Source: Podarcis cretensis (Eukaryota). Taken from it: DNA of 64,000 bases. Positions 48,177-61,405 of the stretch are shown piece after piece; positions within the stretch are counted from its first letter, which is position 1; each line of letters begins with the position of its first letter. Location: NCBI GenBank assembly GCA_951804945.1, contig OX638163.1, positions 37,758,001-37,822,000 of the forward strand, given 5' to 3'. The translations under genes were made by a program, and so were the position numbers. The notes below the pieces were generated by a model. It ran no database searches, was not told the DNA's origin, and saw only the letters and a program-made list of their open reading frames with translations.

Positions 48177-51100
48177 TGGGAAGTGGAGCGGATTTGCCAT
48201 TTTAGGATCAAAATGTGTGTAGCAATAGAGGTGGATTTAGAGAAGCATGATGGCTTCCCCTGCACAGGATGCAAAACTGAGTGGATGCCTTCCTGCACCC
48301 TTCCTAAAGCCCAGTTAGCACTTGCCCAACTTTGGAGGGAGATAGGGCTCTAGGACCCTGCCAGAGCTCTCCCAACTCCTTGCCAAAGACTGGCATCTCA
48401 CTTATCCAGCTTTGGGAATGCAGCACAAGGGCTGGGGAGGGTGTCTAATTTTGGCCTCGCACAGATTGCCATATTACCAGGGTCCTCCCCTGCTAGCAAG
48501 AAAGTGTGGATTTTTCAGATCCACTAGGCAGGGCTCAGGAAGGAATAAAAACTGATCTGGTGTGGCTTTGCTCTGCTCACAAAAGAGAGTCACATGGTAA
48601 GCAGCAAATGCATGAAATGAACCTTGTAACTCTCAAATAGGCAAGTGTTGTTTTGTGTACAATGCTGTCAAATGCACACTAGATGATTTAGAAAGTAACT
48701 CTTGGCAAAATGTGTGTGTAGCCAATATGAAGTACAATTGTAGTGTATTGATGATTAACCTTGAAAGACAAGTTGGTAGAATCCAAAAGGATGTATTCAT
48801 TTTCTGACCTGAAGCTTTCCTTCCACAATTGCACCCAAAGCAGAACCTTGCTCTCTTCAGACAAATGGACTACACTGCGTTGGACAAAAGGGAATTATAA
48901 CCTTTGTGTGCTGCTTCTGAAGCATAGCAGGATTAATTCTCTCCAGCTTTCCTTTTGTGTGGCATACACTTTCCTGTTTTTCCCCCCACCTGAGAGCCAC
49001 AGTAAATAGTTCCTTTATAACATTTGTGTGCTGTTCTTCATCAGCAGACAAAACTGTACAACAAGAATGACTTTTCATCCACTGAGGGGTGGGGGTGGGT
49101 TTAGGGGGGAGGGTGTTGAAGTTTGACCTCTCTAGTTCTGGTCTGAATTTCCAACCATTTTGCCATAGGAACTCCACTATTTACCAAAATAGCCTTATCA
49201 ACTGGCTAGTATCTTATCGTATAGCAACTGTGTCAATAAGCCCTATATTCTACCAAGCTGTCTGTGATCAATCAGAGATAGCCCACAATTGTCCCCCAGA
49301 TATACCAGGTTCTCCCCTGGCAGATCTGTATTTCCAAAATCTAAAACATGCTATGATCTGCATAATAGTACACTTTACTGCACACTGGCAGGAGACACAG
49401 GAACAAATTCAAATCCCTCCCCCCGCAAATTGAATATGGCTGGTACTTTAGTACGCATGATCACTCAACAAAAGGGAACGGCAGGCTATGGCAAAAGCCA
49501 TAGTAGTGGAATTTAGCAAATTCTGGACATCCAAGCCAGAAGAAGAGCAGAAAGCAAAGGCAACCATGCCACCATATGTCCAGACCTCAGTGAGGGTGAG
49601 GCAGAGGCACTTACCTGACCTCTGGACAATGACATTGCTACTCCTTATCAGTGGGGGGAGGGCAAAATGGCAGAGAGGCCAATGCTGTGCTAACACACCA
49701 GTAAGAGTGCCATATTAGCTCCCCCCATGCATATACACACTGCTGACTTCCTCACTGCTTTACCACTCCTACTCTCCTGGTAATCACAGCAGCAGTGTCA
49801 CTACTGAAGTCAGGTAAGTGTCACCATCCCACCCCATTGTCTGTTACTGTGCTCAGGACAAAGTAAATCTGAAAGGCTAAGTACAATGGGAATCACAGTC
49901 AGGGAGATTCGGAAGCATCCTTACATCAAGAACCAAGATGTGCAAAATCTAAAAGGATCTGTACAGTTCCTTGTTATTTTTTAAGAAGGAAATGTGGTAG
50001 TGCATTAGTAATTACTGCTGGACTCCAGATAGGAGACATATAAATGAGAATGGGTAACAATTTGTGGAAACCATTTGGGCATTTTTCAGACAGCCAGTGA
50101 ACCACACAGGCTTGACATCTATAATTGCAATGCACTGCTTTTCAACTCACAATGGGTAGGTGCGGCTACTTTGTGCTGCCTTATTGTATATCCAACAATA
50201 GATGACATTTCTTGCACTTGACATATTATACCCTTAGGTCACTGACAGCAGACTTCTTGTAGATAGCGTCTTTATGGCTTTCCCCCTACCTTTAATTATT
50301 TCAAATTTTTAACCTTTATATTCATTGTGGACTTTAAGTGAACTCTTCTTCTCTCCCCCGCCACTAGAGAAAAATATTCCAAGATAATAAGATCCTCCAC
50401 AGTATAGTATAAACTTTATCCATTTAATGAATGATAGAAGTTATGCTTGTGGCAACCAGGGGCAGGAGGAAACCTGGTGTATAAATCGCTCTGCTAGGGA
50501 TCCCTGTCAGGCACAATTAGTAGGGCTCCAACCCACTTGATATGGTTGGTTATCTGTGGAGTTCTGTTATGGGTGTCCAGTTTGACTACCTGATGCTGTT
50601 TCCAAGTTCAGTTCTGCCCCATTCCTATAATGCAGATTTTTATAAACTCTCCATCTATAGGTGACATATAATAAGATATGACTATGCATTTGTGAAACCC
50701 TGAACCATTAACACATCTTTAACTCTACATATTTTCATCCCTTTTGCACTCTGGCCTCTTCTATCAATTCATACAAACTAAGACTTGATCTCACCTCTTC
50801 TCCCCAATATCAAATCCCAGGGGTGAACTAATAGCCAAATAGGAGGCCCCCTGTCAAAACTGCTGCATGAATTCATGAAATTTAGCCCCTGTGAATTTAG
50901 GCAAGGTTTTCAGCCAAGAGGCTCAATTCGCACATTCAACATTGCTATAAAGTCAGTTGATGAGGGGGAGGGGGGTCTCTCCACCAAATGGCAGTAGAAT
51001 TTGATTGATAGCAGTTTCCTTTCCCTTTGACGTTGTTAACAGGGTCTCATTAGGCCTGCAATGAAACTGAATTGCCATCGTAATATTACATCATAAAGGC

Positions 51101-51350
51101 ATATTAACAAGATCTCTGTAGCTTTCTACTGGAATTGTTACACACATGCAGATACCTCCTATAACCTTGAGACTGGTCATGTTATCTATAGCTAGAAAAG
51201 CTCTCTCTCTATCTATATATGCAACTCAATCAAAGGCTGTAATTCCCATTTGCAAAAGATGAACTGGATAAATCACAAAGCACAACCTTATTGGAAATGG
51301 ACAACAGTGATCTTCAGTGGCCATTTCAGCACTCCATTTATGGTCACAAC

Positions 51351-52030
51351 TAGAGATGGGGCAGAATTTTGTTCGAATCACATTTTAATGTGAACTTTCC
51401 TAATCTGCACTTCCTCAACCAATATATGAACCAAAATGCAGTTATCTGTGGAAATGCACTCTTCTCTGAGTTTTACAGTGCAGTTCCGCAACAAAAGAAG
51501 AAAAGCTTAGAAAAAAATGTATATTATGGAACCATTGGTGCAAAAATGTTTGTAAGTGGACAGGATGTACAAAAATTACCACCTATTAGATTAAATTGCT
51601 TGCAAAAATGCATACATTAGCAAAATTAGATACAAAATATGTATCTTTATTAAAGTACATATGGAAATTTGTATACAATTTCATGAGGAGAGAACTTTTT
51701 AAAAAATCACAAACTGATGTAGGAATGTGGAGAACTCAATTGAAAATTAGGGAGGGTATGAGCAATCACTGGCGGAGGAAGAGGAGTGCAGGGGGAGCGC
51801 ATGGCCCCTGGCAGCGCGATCCCGGCGGGGTGCCATCGTGGTTGCCCCCCGCCCCCTCCCGGGCACCCCACCCCCAGGACATATGCTACGTCCCTGCGGG
51901 CAGCGCAGTCCGCCCCTGGAACACACACCAGCTCCGCCCCCACCTGCTCTCCACCCCCCCCCGGTGTTGGAGCAGGAAGCTTCGCCACTGTGAGCAATTG
52001 CGAGAAATCAAAATGGATAGATTTGCCATT
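51351..52030 (+). mobile_element. Most complete copy of the abundant AT-rich repeat family, interrupted by a hAT MITE
   Basis: Starts tagagatggg and ends gatttgccat (TAGGGATG/CATCCCTA-like termini across copies). Collinear with the other copies. Confidence 0.65.
51767..51990. mobile_element. GC-rich hAT-type MITE, 224 bp
   Basis: TIRs cactggcggag / cttcgccactg; perfect 8-bp TSD tgagcaat at 51759-51766 and 51991-51998. Confidence 0.92.
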
Positions 52031-52738
52031 TTTTTCTAATGGCAGCCTTTCATCCCACCCCTCTCACCTTTGAGACTGCAGAGAACTAGGAGTGATGGTG
52101 ATATTTTCTGACTGGTCTTGAAGACACCCATTTTTGCCTACCCTTGATTGCAAGTGTATGGGACTTAATTGATCTGGTTTAATTGGCTGCCCAAATCCAC
52201 AAGTGCTGTGGGCAAGGATGGGCTTAAATTAGCTTTCCTGGTGAATTCTCACAGGCACGGTGAAGGGATCCTATCTGTCTATCTGTCATTATGATTATAA
52301 TTTGATTGATTGATGACTGATTGGATTTCTATACCACCTTTCAGCCAAGTAACCCAAGGTTTTTTACAATTTCAAAACACTAAAATAATTACAATATATA
52401 AGATGTGAAGTGTCAAGAATTCTCTTAGGCCAAGTGAGAGCCCGTGGTGTGTATGTGTGCTCCCTGGCCTTTATACCTTCCCTCAGGACACACAGGACTT
52501 CAAAAGCCCCAGGGAAGGTGAGGGAAGAGATGTGCCAACAGCTCTCTTAGACTACTGATGATTCTGTCAGGAGCCAATGCTATGTATGGTTGCTGGCCTG
52601 GACTCACCTGCTTCTGCCTGTTTAACTGATTTTAATATTGTGTTTTTAGATTGTTGCAGCCCAACCTGTATCCTTATGATGAAGGGTTTATGTGTAAGAA
52701 ATCATCATCATCATTCCTTGCATAGTATGGTGAAAAGA

Positions 52739-52790
52739 CCTTCCTTCCTTCCTTCCTTCCTTCCTTCCTTCCTTCCTTCCTTCCTTCCTT
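52739..52790. repeat. (CCTT)n microsatellite
   Basis: Direct run. Confidence 0.95.
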
Positions 52791-55410
52791 TTTTTCCTAA
52801 TAAAAACACCTTCCCATCCTAGTTTAATCAACCATGACAAATGCTTCTGAGCATTTCAATGAAGTTACCTGCCTGACAAGTTTCATTTATTTTATATTTT
52901 AAACACACACATGAACCTCTGCCATTCTTTCCAAAATGGGCATCCTTCTGTATTTATAGAACTACTTTTCTTTGATCCATTAATCAGTGTTAATTGTGAT
53001 CATTCAGGGAGGGGTAGCTTCTTAAAATATGAATCAATTTCCTGCTCCTGCTGAAACATTTCAACTTGACAAAAATATGCTATTCAAGGACAGAGAGTAA
53101 CTTCAGGTTAAAGTTAAATGTGTAACAGGAGAAACTTCCCTCTTTTTTGCACATTAAAACGCTGTTGGCATGGTCACATCAGGAGGTTTTCCTGTGTTTG
53201 GGCTGCTGACAATAAATAAGAAAAAGCTTAGAGGCAGCTCTGGAGTTATGGTGGGCTTCATCCCTTTTTCTGTTACTTCTCCATTACTCCTTTCTCCACT
53301 CTCTTCCTCTCTCCTTCCCTTCCTTCTCTACTGGACAATCCCTTCAAATCCATGAACAGCAAAATAACATTAATTTAGGGGGAGTCTGAAAACACTTTAT
53401 AACAAGAGCTGCAAGTGAATAAAACATGTAATTATGATATTGTTATGTTGTCATTGGGAGTGCAGCAAAAAACACTTTGTGTGCTCTTCTTTGGAAGTAA
53501 TTTTAAGGAATATATTCCACACACCCTAGCTAAATATCAGTAGCATTGTGTGTGTTCTTTGGGATGCAGTGTTTTGATATGTTTCCCTATGCCCAAAGCA
53601 CCACAGCAGTAGCGGGGGAACTGTGGCACTCCAGGTGCTATTGAGTTGCAGCTTCCCATCATCAGTGGCCACCAGCCATGCTGGTTGGGATGGATTTGGG
53701 TATTGGAGGTCAACAACATTAGTAAGAACTGCAGGTTCCTCAGCAGTGCACAAGAAGGAGTTGGAGCATTCAATTGTCATTCATTTAAATGTGGTATACC
53801 CTAATGATGTTTACCAGATCTAACCAAAACCTGAATCCCATACCAAACTGGGCCAAATCAGAGGGATCTGGGCCTCAGCCAACTCTGGGGGAGATAGCCC
53901 CAGATTGTCCAAAGTGATAAAGTGCTGAAACTACTGCTTCATGCTCTCTGCACTTCCCATAGTGCATTGTGATCAAACTGGGGCTCAAGAGAAAGAATAA
54001 CCTCATCTATTTACACAGAAACAACAATAGCACATTGTAGGTGTCAATTCAGTTGGGGGTAAGAATTAATATGTGCCCTTGGACACAGCTTCTCCTCTAA
54101 GTGAAGCCAGCGTAAGATGGTGGACTTCAGACAAGGAGAATTTGTTTCAAGTGTCTGCTGAGCTCTGGAGCTTGTTAAATTACTTTCCTTCTGCTTAACC
54201 TATTTCACAAAGCTGCCATGAGAACGTAAATAGCTAACTTCATGTAGGTGCTTCTAATAATCTTGAGGATGGTTGAGAGACAAATGTGATTAACAAATGC
54301 CCATTGGCTAGATTCTTGGTTCATCAGCTAAAAACTCAGCTCAAAATCCAACTCATTCCCTTCTGGGCAATAGGAGTCCTTGCAAATTCACATACACTGT
54401 AGATGAGTGAAGGAATCAATATAACTCATATTTGAAGTTGGCGTATTGAGGATCTTGACACAAGCCAGGGGTCTGGAATGAGCCTTGAAAGCATGTAGGC
54501 TGTTTGGTGTTTTGAAGCAGTTGAGGGCAGCCCTGGAAAGGACTTCTCCTGGTCCCCAAATGTTCCTAATTTCATTAAGCTATTAAACCTGCCATCTGTT
54601 GAGCAGCCCTGCAGGATGAGACTCATCTGCTGCACACAGATTTTCATTTTCATGCCTTTATGTCTCTGGGCTCTCAAAATTGATCCAAAGTAGGCTTTCT
54701 AAGCAGTAAATGAAAGTTAGGATAAAAGACAGCACCAAACAACCAGTATAGATTTCAATCTTATGGACATGTAATCCTCATCTCTTAACTTTGAACAGCA
54801 ACCATTCTTTGTTGTCTCTTGTTAGAAATACAAAAGCACATTCATAATAAATAACCCAGTTCATGTTTTCGTGTAGCGGACACTGGTAGTAAAAAATAAA
54901 ATAAAATAAAGGACTCCTTTGACTTCTCTCATCATTTCCAAGACATTTTGCCTGAGGACAATCCCTTAGTTTTAATGTGAAACTTGTTGTAAGACTGGTT
55001 TATGTAGAGGTTCTAGTGAAGGTTTTTTTTTTGGGGGGGGGGTCTATGGCCTCCCAAATGTTGTTCAGCTCCATCACTCAACAGTCCTGTCAGCAAGGTC
55101 GGTGATCAGGTATGATGGGAGTTGTAGTCCAGCAACATTTGGAGATAAGGCAGCTGCCTCAGGTGGCAATTGCTGAGGGACAGGGAAGGGGCAGAACTGT
55201 GAGTATCATGTGACCTGCCCTGTACTCCTATGGTAGCTGGCCACCCTCAAGTACAGTGGAATATACTTTTCTTTCACTGGTTCTGGAGTAAGATTCAACT
55301 GCCAACCCAGTTGGCTTCGGTATGTACCTTCAGGAATGGCACCAACTTGTCCTTCGCCAACTTGCAAAATGTCTTGAGCCAGCCGTAATGGAAGGTAATT
55401 AAATAATAAT

Positions 55411-56511
55411 TTCTGACTGGGCCGTGTTCAGAAAGTGGTGGTGGGGGATGAGTGTTCAGACTCTTGGGCTCTCACTTGTGGGGTGCCTCAGGGTTCTGTC
55501 CTCTCCCCCATGCTCTTCAACATTTACATGCAGCCACTGAGAGAGATCATCAGGAGGTTTGGGCTGGGTGTTCATCAGTATGCAGATGATACCCAGCTCT
55601 ACCTCTCTTTTAAATCAGAACCAGTGAAGGCAGTGAAGGTCCTGTGTGAGTGTCTGGAGGTGGTTGGAGGATGGATGGCGGCTAACAGATTGAGGTTGAA
55701 TCCTGACAAGACAGAAGTACTGTTTTTGGGGGACAGGGGGCGGGCAGGTGTGGAGGATTCCCTGGTCCTGAATGGGGTAACTGTGCCCCTGAAGGACCAG
55801 GTGCGCAGCCTGGGAGTCATTTTGGACTCACAGCTGTCCATGGAGGCACAGGTCAAATCTGTGTCCAGGGCAGCTGTTTACCAGCTCCATCTGGTACGTA
55901 GGCTGAGACCCAATCTGCCTGCGGACTGTCTCGCCAGAGTGGTGCATGCTCTGGTTATCTCCCGCTTGGACTACTGCAATGCACTCTACGTGGGGCTACC
56001 TTTGAAGGTGACTCGGAAACTACAACTAATCCAGAATGCGGCAGCTAGACTGGTGACTGGGGGCAGCCACCGAGACCATATAACACCGGTCTTGAAAGAC
56101 CTACATTGGTTCCCAGTACGTTTCCGAGCACAATTCAAAGTGTTGGTGTTGACCTTTAAAGCCCTAAATGGCCTTGGTCCAGTATACCTGAAGGAGCGTC
56201 TCCACCCCCAACGTTCTGCCCGGATGCTGAGGTCCAGCGCCGAGGGCCTTCTGGCGGTTCCCTCATTGCAAGAAGCTAAGCTACAGGGAACCAGGCAGAG
56301 GGCCTTCTCGGTAGTGGCGCCCACCCTGTGGAACGCCCTTCCAGCAGATGTCAAAGCGATAAACAACTACCTGACATTCAGAAGACATCTTAAGGCAGCC
56401 CTGTTCAGGGAAGTTTTTAACGTGTGATATTTTACTGTATTTTTGGTTTCTATGGAAGCCACCCAGAGTGGCTGGGGAGACCCAGCCAGATGGACGGGGT
56501 ATAAATAATAA

Positions 56512-56562
<51 letters not shown>
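55411..56562 (+). mobile_element. L2-clade LINE, 5'-truncated, young
   Basis: RT motifs GVPQGSVLSP and HQYADDTQLY, plus the L2-typical C-terminus (LNPDKTE, SRLDYCN, HITPVL..LHW, RAFS..AP.LWN.LP); short 3' UTR and (ATT)n tail. Confidence 0.95.
55435..56427 (+). CDS. L2 ORF2 reverse transcriptase, C-terminal 330 aa (5'-truncated; uninterrupted but not expected to be functional)
   Basis: Open frame in the ORF track with PQGS and YADD catalytic motifs; lacks the endonuclease and N-terminal RT motifs. Confidence 0.85.
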   Translation: MVVGDECSDSWALTCGVPQGSVLSPMLFNIYMQPLREIIRRFGLGVHQYADDTQLYLSFKSEPVKAVKVLCECLEVVGGWMAANRLRLNPDKTEVLFLGDRGRAGVEDSLVLNGVTVPLKDQVRSLGVILDSQLSMEAQVKSVSRAAVYQLHLVRRLRPNLPADCLARVVHALVISRLDYCNALYVGLPLKVTRKLQLIQNAAARLVTGGSHRDHITPVLKDLHWFPVRFRAQFKVLVLTFKALNGLGPVYLKERLHPQRSARMLRSSAEGLLAVPSLQEAKLQGTRQRAFSVVAPTLWNALPADVKAINNYLTFRRHLKAALFREVFNV

Positions 56563-56564
<2 letters not shown>

Positions 56565-57294
56565 AATAATGATAATAACAATATATTCTGAATAAACCAT
56601 CATTTCCCGTATATGTTTTTATCCAGCTATGCATGTACAATGAGATTATGCACATGCCTAGTCAGTAAGTTTTTAACTGCTCCTTTAAAAAGTCAGCTAT
56701 TTTTAATCCAAGTCATAATGGCTAATTTTGAAGGAACTGTCACTCACTCATGAAGTTGTGATTATGAAATATGCATTGGTTGCACATGGTTTCTTAGCGG
56801 TACCAACAAAACACATGTCACAATGGGTTAAACAATGGTTAGCTTGGAACTTGATTGTTGAAAAAGCATCATGGCGAGTGGTGCTTCCACAAGAAAGCCC
56901 CAGGTTATTTTTGAACTACCCTCCTAGCTTTTTCACTCATCTGTCTAACAGAGGCTGGAATTGTCTCTCCTATTCCTTCAGCAGATTCTGCCGTCTGTGA
57001 TGTTAATTAGATTTCCCCCCCTCTTTGCCTTTAGCTACTCAATATCATTCTGCCACACCTGTGATAGTTCCTCCCTGGAGACAAGTGTGTTCTGAAATGT
57101 GCGTGTTGGTTTTGTAATATAAGCATCTGTCTACCAGGGCATAGTTTGAAACATTTGGAGGCCATTGACTTGAAAGAACTGCTTAATGTGTTTTCAGAAT
57201 GTGACTTTTCTTTTTTAAAAAATGCCAACTGGTTTCACTGCCATCTCCTATAGTACATGAAAATGAGAGTCCTTTTTAACATTTCCCATCTCCT

Positions 57295-57520
57295 ACCCAT
57301 AAGATTGGCAAATCTGTCAATTTTATTTCTTTCTCTTTCTCCCCCTCCCCCTCTCTAATCTTAAGTTTGGTTTGCCTGATTTCCATGTCCACTTTTGTCT
57401 TGTGTATTTTCCCTATAAACATTTTTTTTGTATGCCGTTTTGCCAGTATACACATTTTTGCAAGTAGCTTCCCCATATATAATACGTTTTCATATTATTC
57501 CCCCAAAATTATTTCCACAT
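57295..57520 (-). mobile_element. Copy of abundant AT-rich repeat family (3' part)
   Basis: ggcaaatctgtcaatttt...tacacatttttgcaag is the reverse complement of the 3' half of 51351-52030. Confidence 0.55.
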
Positions 57521-57534
57521 CTCCTGATATCCGG

Positions 57535-57738
57535 TTACTAGCCATGTTCTACCTCCACTGTTAGAGGCTGTATGCTTAGGAATACCAGTTGCTAGAAACT
57601 GTAGGAGGGAAGAGTGCTGTTGTGGTCATGTTCAGTTTGTGGACTTCCCACAGATATCTGGCTGGCCACTGTGGGGAGATGATGACAAACTAGATGGACC
57701 ATTGACCTGATCCATGAGGGCAGTTCTTAAGCTCTTAT
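57535..57738 (+). mobile_element. CR1-type LINE 3' UTR fragment
   Basis: atctggctggccactgtg...ctagatggaccattgacctgatcc...cttatg. Confidence 0.7.
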
Positions 57739-57811
57739 GATGTGCTATCAAATTTACATATTTCACCACAATGAACAAATTTTATTTTATTCAGGAGGGT
57801 GGTATTATTCA

Positions 57812-58211
57812 GGAGGTGTCTAAGTGTTTGTAGGCAGTTGGAGGATTGATGGCAGGTTGAGGTTGAACCCCAATAAGACAGAACTACTGTTTCTGGGGGA
57901 CAGGGGTAGGCAAATTGCAGGAACTCCCTGGTCCTGAATGGGGTAACTGTGTCATAACTGTGTCCCGAAAGGACCAGGTGCACAGCATCTGGGTGTTTTT
58001 GGACTCACAACTGTCAATGGGGGGACAGGTCAACTCTGTGTCCAGGGTAGCTGTCTTCCAGATCTATCTGGTATGTTGGTTGAGACACTGCCTACCAGCC
58101 CACTGTCTTGCCAGAGTGGTACATTCTCTGGTTATCTTCTACTTTGGACTACTGCAGTGCACTCTCTGTGAGGCTGCCTTTGAAGGTGATTCAGAAATGT
58201 GTAATCCAGAA
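57812..58211 (+). mobile_element. L2 LINE internal fragment, degenerate
   Basis: Collinear with 55645-56040 (ctggtcctgaatggggtaactgtg, ttggactcaca, gccagagtggt) but frameshifted. Confidence 0.85.
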
Positions 58212-59682
58212 ATGTAAGGTTATCAAGAGTATGGCTCCTTCTACTTCCTGCTGGCTTCTATAAGGGGCAATAATATGACTGAGGAGGAAGGTTACAGGCA
58301 GTGTCACATCTTTAACCAACTGCTAAATAGAAAGGTAGGCAGATCAGGGGCTGGCTGAGGGTAGAATGAGATTGGTGGGGCAGTGCCTCATTTGCCCTAT
58401 TGGAACAGCCTACAGTGTTGAGAACAACCATTTGACAAATAGTGGAAATTGCTGAGGAACAGAACTAATTCATTCCTGAGCAACCTTCTCAGTTGTCATA
58501 AAAAAAGGCTAGTCCCAAACACCTCGTTTAGATGGCTGCTTCACTAATGAAGGATTATTGGCATTTGTGTTTTATGATAATTAATTTAGGAGTTACTGGA
58601 TGTGGGTGTAAAGAGCTTCACCTGAGAAAAGTGTTAGGGAATGCCAAATAGTAACAGGTGGTGATACAGAAACTGTTGCCTGTTTGCTGAAATCTAATGT
58701 TCTTGCAAGAAAGACTTGTTTTAACAATTTTCTGCAAATGTTTTTATTTCAGGACATCTGGTAGTTAGATGGTAAGATACTATTTTTTATTTTTTTTAAA
58801 TTATTTTTTACATTCTCTTCTTAGAATAGATGAGTGCATTTCATGACTTGGGCCTTTACATTTTCTTTCCAGCTAGGACAACTGTAGGATAAAAATGTTT
58901 TAGCTGACTACATTTAGCAGCTTTGGGGAAGCTAAACATGTGAAGCATCCTGCTAGAAAGAGGAATACAATTGGCAGACCCACCTCTTCAGATTCTACTA
59001 CTCTCTTTCTGTCTGCCAGAGTAAATTTAATCAGTGTAACTGCAATCTGATTTAATAGTTATTGGACAAGGCAATCATGGTATACACATAACAGTATTGC
59101 CCTGCTGAGCCTGGATTTTGCCCCCCCCCCTCCAAAAAAAAGGAAAGAAAGAAATCTTACAGGAAAATAACACAATTTGGTCAAATTATGTGGTTCTATT
59201 TGGTAGACCAGTAAATTAGGAAGAGTTAGAAAACTCTGAACAGAACATTTAATGGTGCTGCCTTGTGCCCATTGGGACTGGTGAGGCAGAAGGAAGGAAG
59301 AGCAACAATAAGGGGAACCAATGACAGGCAGAGCCAGCTAATTCTAGCTTTGTCTCTATTCTGCTCCCCGTTGAGTGGTGCAAAGGCAAAACTGAAGCTG
59401 GTGCTTCCTTCCCTTGAGTGATTTTGAGTAGGAAGAAAAACAGGTAGGGGTAGAATTAGGATGGTGGGGCACTGCCCAGATAGGCCAGCCTCCATTAGCA
59501 TTTCACTGGTTTGAATATTACTTTATGAGTGCCCAGAGATAGGTTCATATGACTGATTTCAAGGGAAACCAAGAAAATGTATTGCTGAGTGTCATAACCC
59601 CGGGCTCGGATTATGCTTATTCAGGGGATGAGATTGGGGACCCTGTGAGTCATATTAAGATACTCACACCATACATTTAGAC

Positions 59683-60119
59683 TCATAGAATCGTAGAATT
59701 GTAGAGTTGGAAGGGATCCTGAGGGTCATCTAGTCCAAACCCCTGGAATGCAGGAATCTCATTGAGATCATCCATGACAGATGGCCATCCAACCTCTGCT
59801 TAAAAGCTCCAAGGAAGGAGAGTCCACCACCTCCCAAGAGAGTCCATTCCACTGTCTAAAAGCTCTTACTATCAGACAAGCTGGAACATGTACAGTGCAG
59901 GGTGATCAAGGGTATGGAAACCAAGTCTTACAAGTCTCTTGGTATGTTTGGCATGGGAAAGAGGAGACTGAGAGGAGATATGATAACCATCTTCAAATAT
60001 CTAAAGGGACATCACATGGAAAATGGAGTAGCCTTGTTTTTCTCCTGCTCTGGAGAATAGCACCCAAACAAATGGCTTCAAGTTACAAGAAAGGAGTTTC
60101 CGACCAACATCAGGAAAAC
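59683..60119 (-). mobile_element. CR1 LINE insertion with inverted 5' segment
   Basis: 59683-59876 is the CR1 3' end on the minus strand. 59875-60119 is the immediately upstream CR1 coding segment (KRRLRGDMI.IFKYLKG...NGFKLQERSF..NIRK) on the plus strand. Confidence 0.85.
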
Positions 60120-61134
60120 GCTATCCATATTTGAACATAAAATGAGAAGCAATTGTGTGCAGCTCCAAGGGATCATACCACATAGAATAAAACCCTAATG
60201 ATGAAAAATGCAGACTTATTTACCATGCCCAATGACAGCTAATCAATGGAGCTTTATCCTGTTCACCTGTGCTATCAGACTTTTGGGGTGGATGTTTGCA
60301 GGGGAATTAACTTTTCTACAAAACAAGGGGGGGAGAGAGGGAAATGTCTGAAAATTTCAGGAAGGATTTGCTGCTTACAAGGTGGCCAACAGTTTTATAT
60401 TTTTCTTGCTTTTTAACTTGAAAAGAGAGAGAAGGTTTTCAGGAAATGGAGTGGTGGTGACTTCGGCCCAGCCTTAATATCGAGGGATGGAACATTTGCT
60501 TTCAGAGTGGCTATGGAGGAAGACCAATAGGACATCATGAACTCTCTCTTCTCCAGGGCCCCAATCTTCAAACAAGATTTATAGCTCATAGATTCTTTTG
60601 CAAGAAACACAAGTGTATGCCAGAGTCTCCTGCCTTCAGTTGTGAACAAATGCAATATCAATGCCAAAGTTTTCTTTTTTATATTTCTCTGCCTTCAAGG
60701 AAGCATCTATTTCTCTGCAAGCAACAAAAAAGAACAGCTACATCTTCACAACAAAACAAGGGAAACTGTCCACTAGGTATTGATTGTTGGAGAAAGGAGA
60801 AAGGGGGAGGAAAAGATACATAGCAAGTTCATCATTGCGGGGCCCGAAAGTCTTGCAAGCTGGATACTTTGGAGAAACTAAATAAAGAAATTGCACGACC
60901 TTGCATGATTGTATATTGGGTATTTGTGTGGTGGAATCAGTTATAATTGCTCATTATGTTGTTGCCATTTATCTTGCATTTATTTTCAATATTATTATTT
61001 TTTAAAAGAGAGAGAATGAATCCCACCCTTCTGCTAGCCAGGGGCTTAAAGGTGGCTTAGGAGTAACTACAGGAATCCGTTTAAGAGAAAAGGTTTGCAA
61101 TAAGAATGCCAAAGTTACTTACGCTATCATTATG

Positions 61135-61250
61135 TAGAGTTGCCGTACGTCCGGGAAAACTCAGACATGTCCTCTTTTTTGGGGGGCGGGCAACATGCAC
61201 ATCTAGGCAAATTTTTACATTTTAAAGAAAATGTCTGGGTTTGGGGGGTA
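61135..61250. mobile_element. hAT-Blackjack-like transposon end fragment
   Basis: tagagttgccgtacgtccggga...gacatgtcctctttt. A similar end, tagggttgccatatt, occurs at ~45044. Confidence 0.45.
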
Positions 61251-61405
61251 GGGGGGTACATGCATGCCCAGGAAGGCATTGTGCCCCCAAAGCAGAAACA
61301 CTGGAGTAGAGTGAGGCCCTCACAGTGAAGATAAGGTAGGAACTGGGATACTGCCTCCACTTGGGCTGGCAGTGACTTGGGCTTGGGCTGCTGTGTATGA
61401 TGCAT

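Noticed and set aside
50450-50468. CTCF-like caaccaggggcagg
   Set aside because: One G short of the core spacing.
51596-52073. 147-aa and overlapping ORFs
   Set aside because: Span a MITE nested in another repeat.
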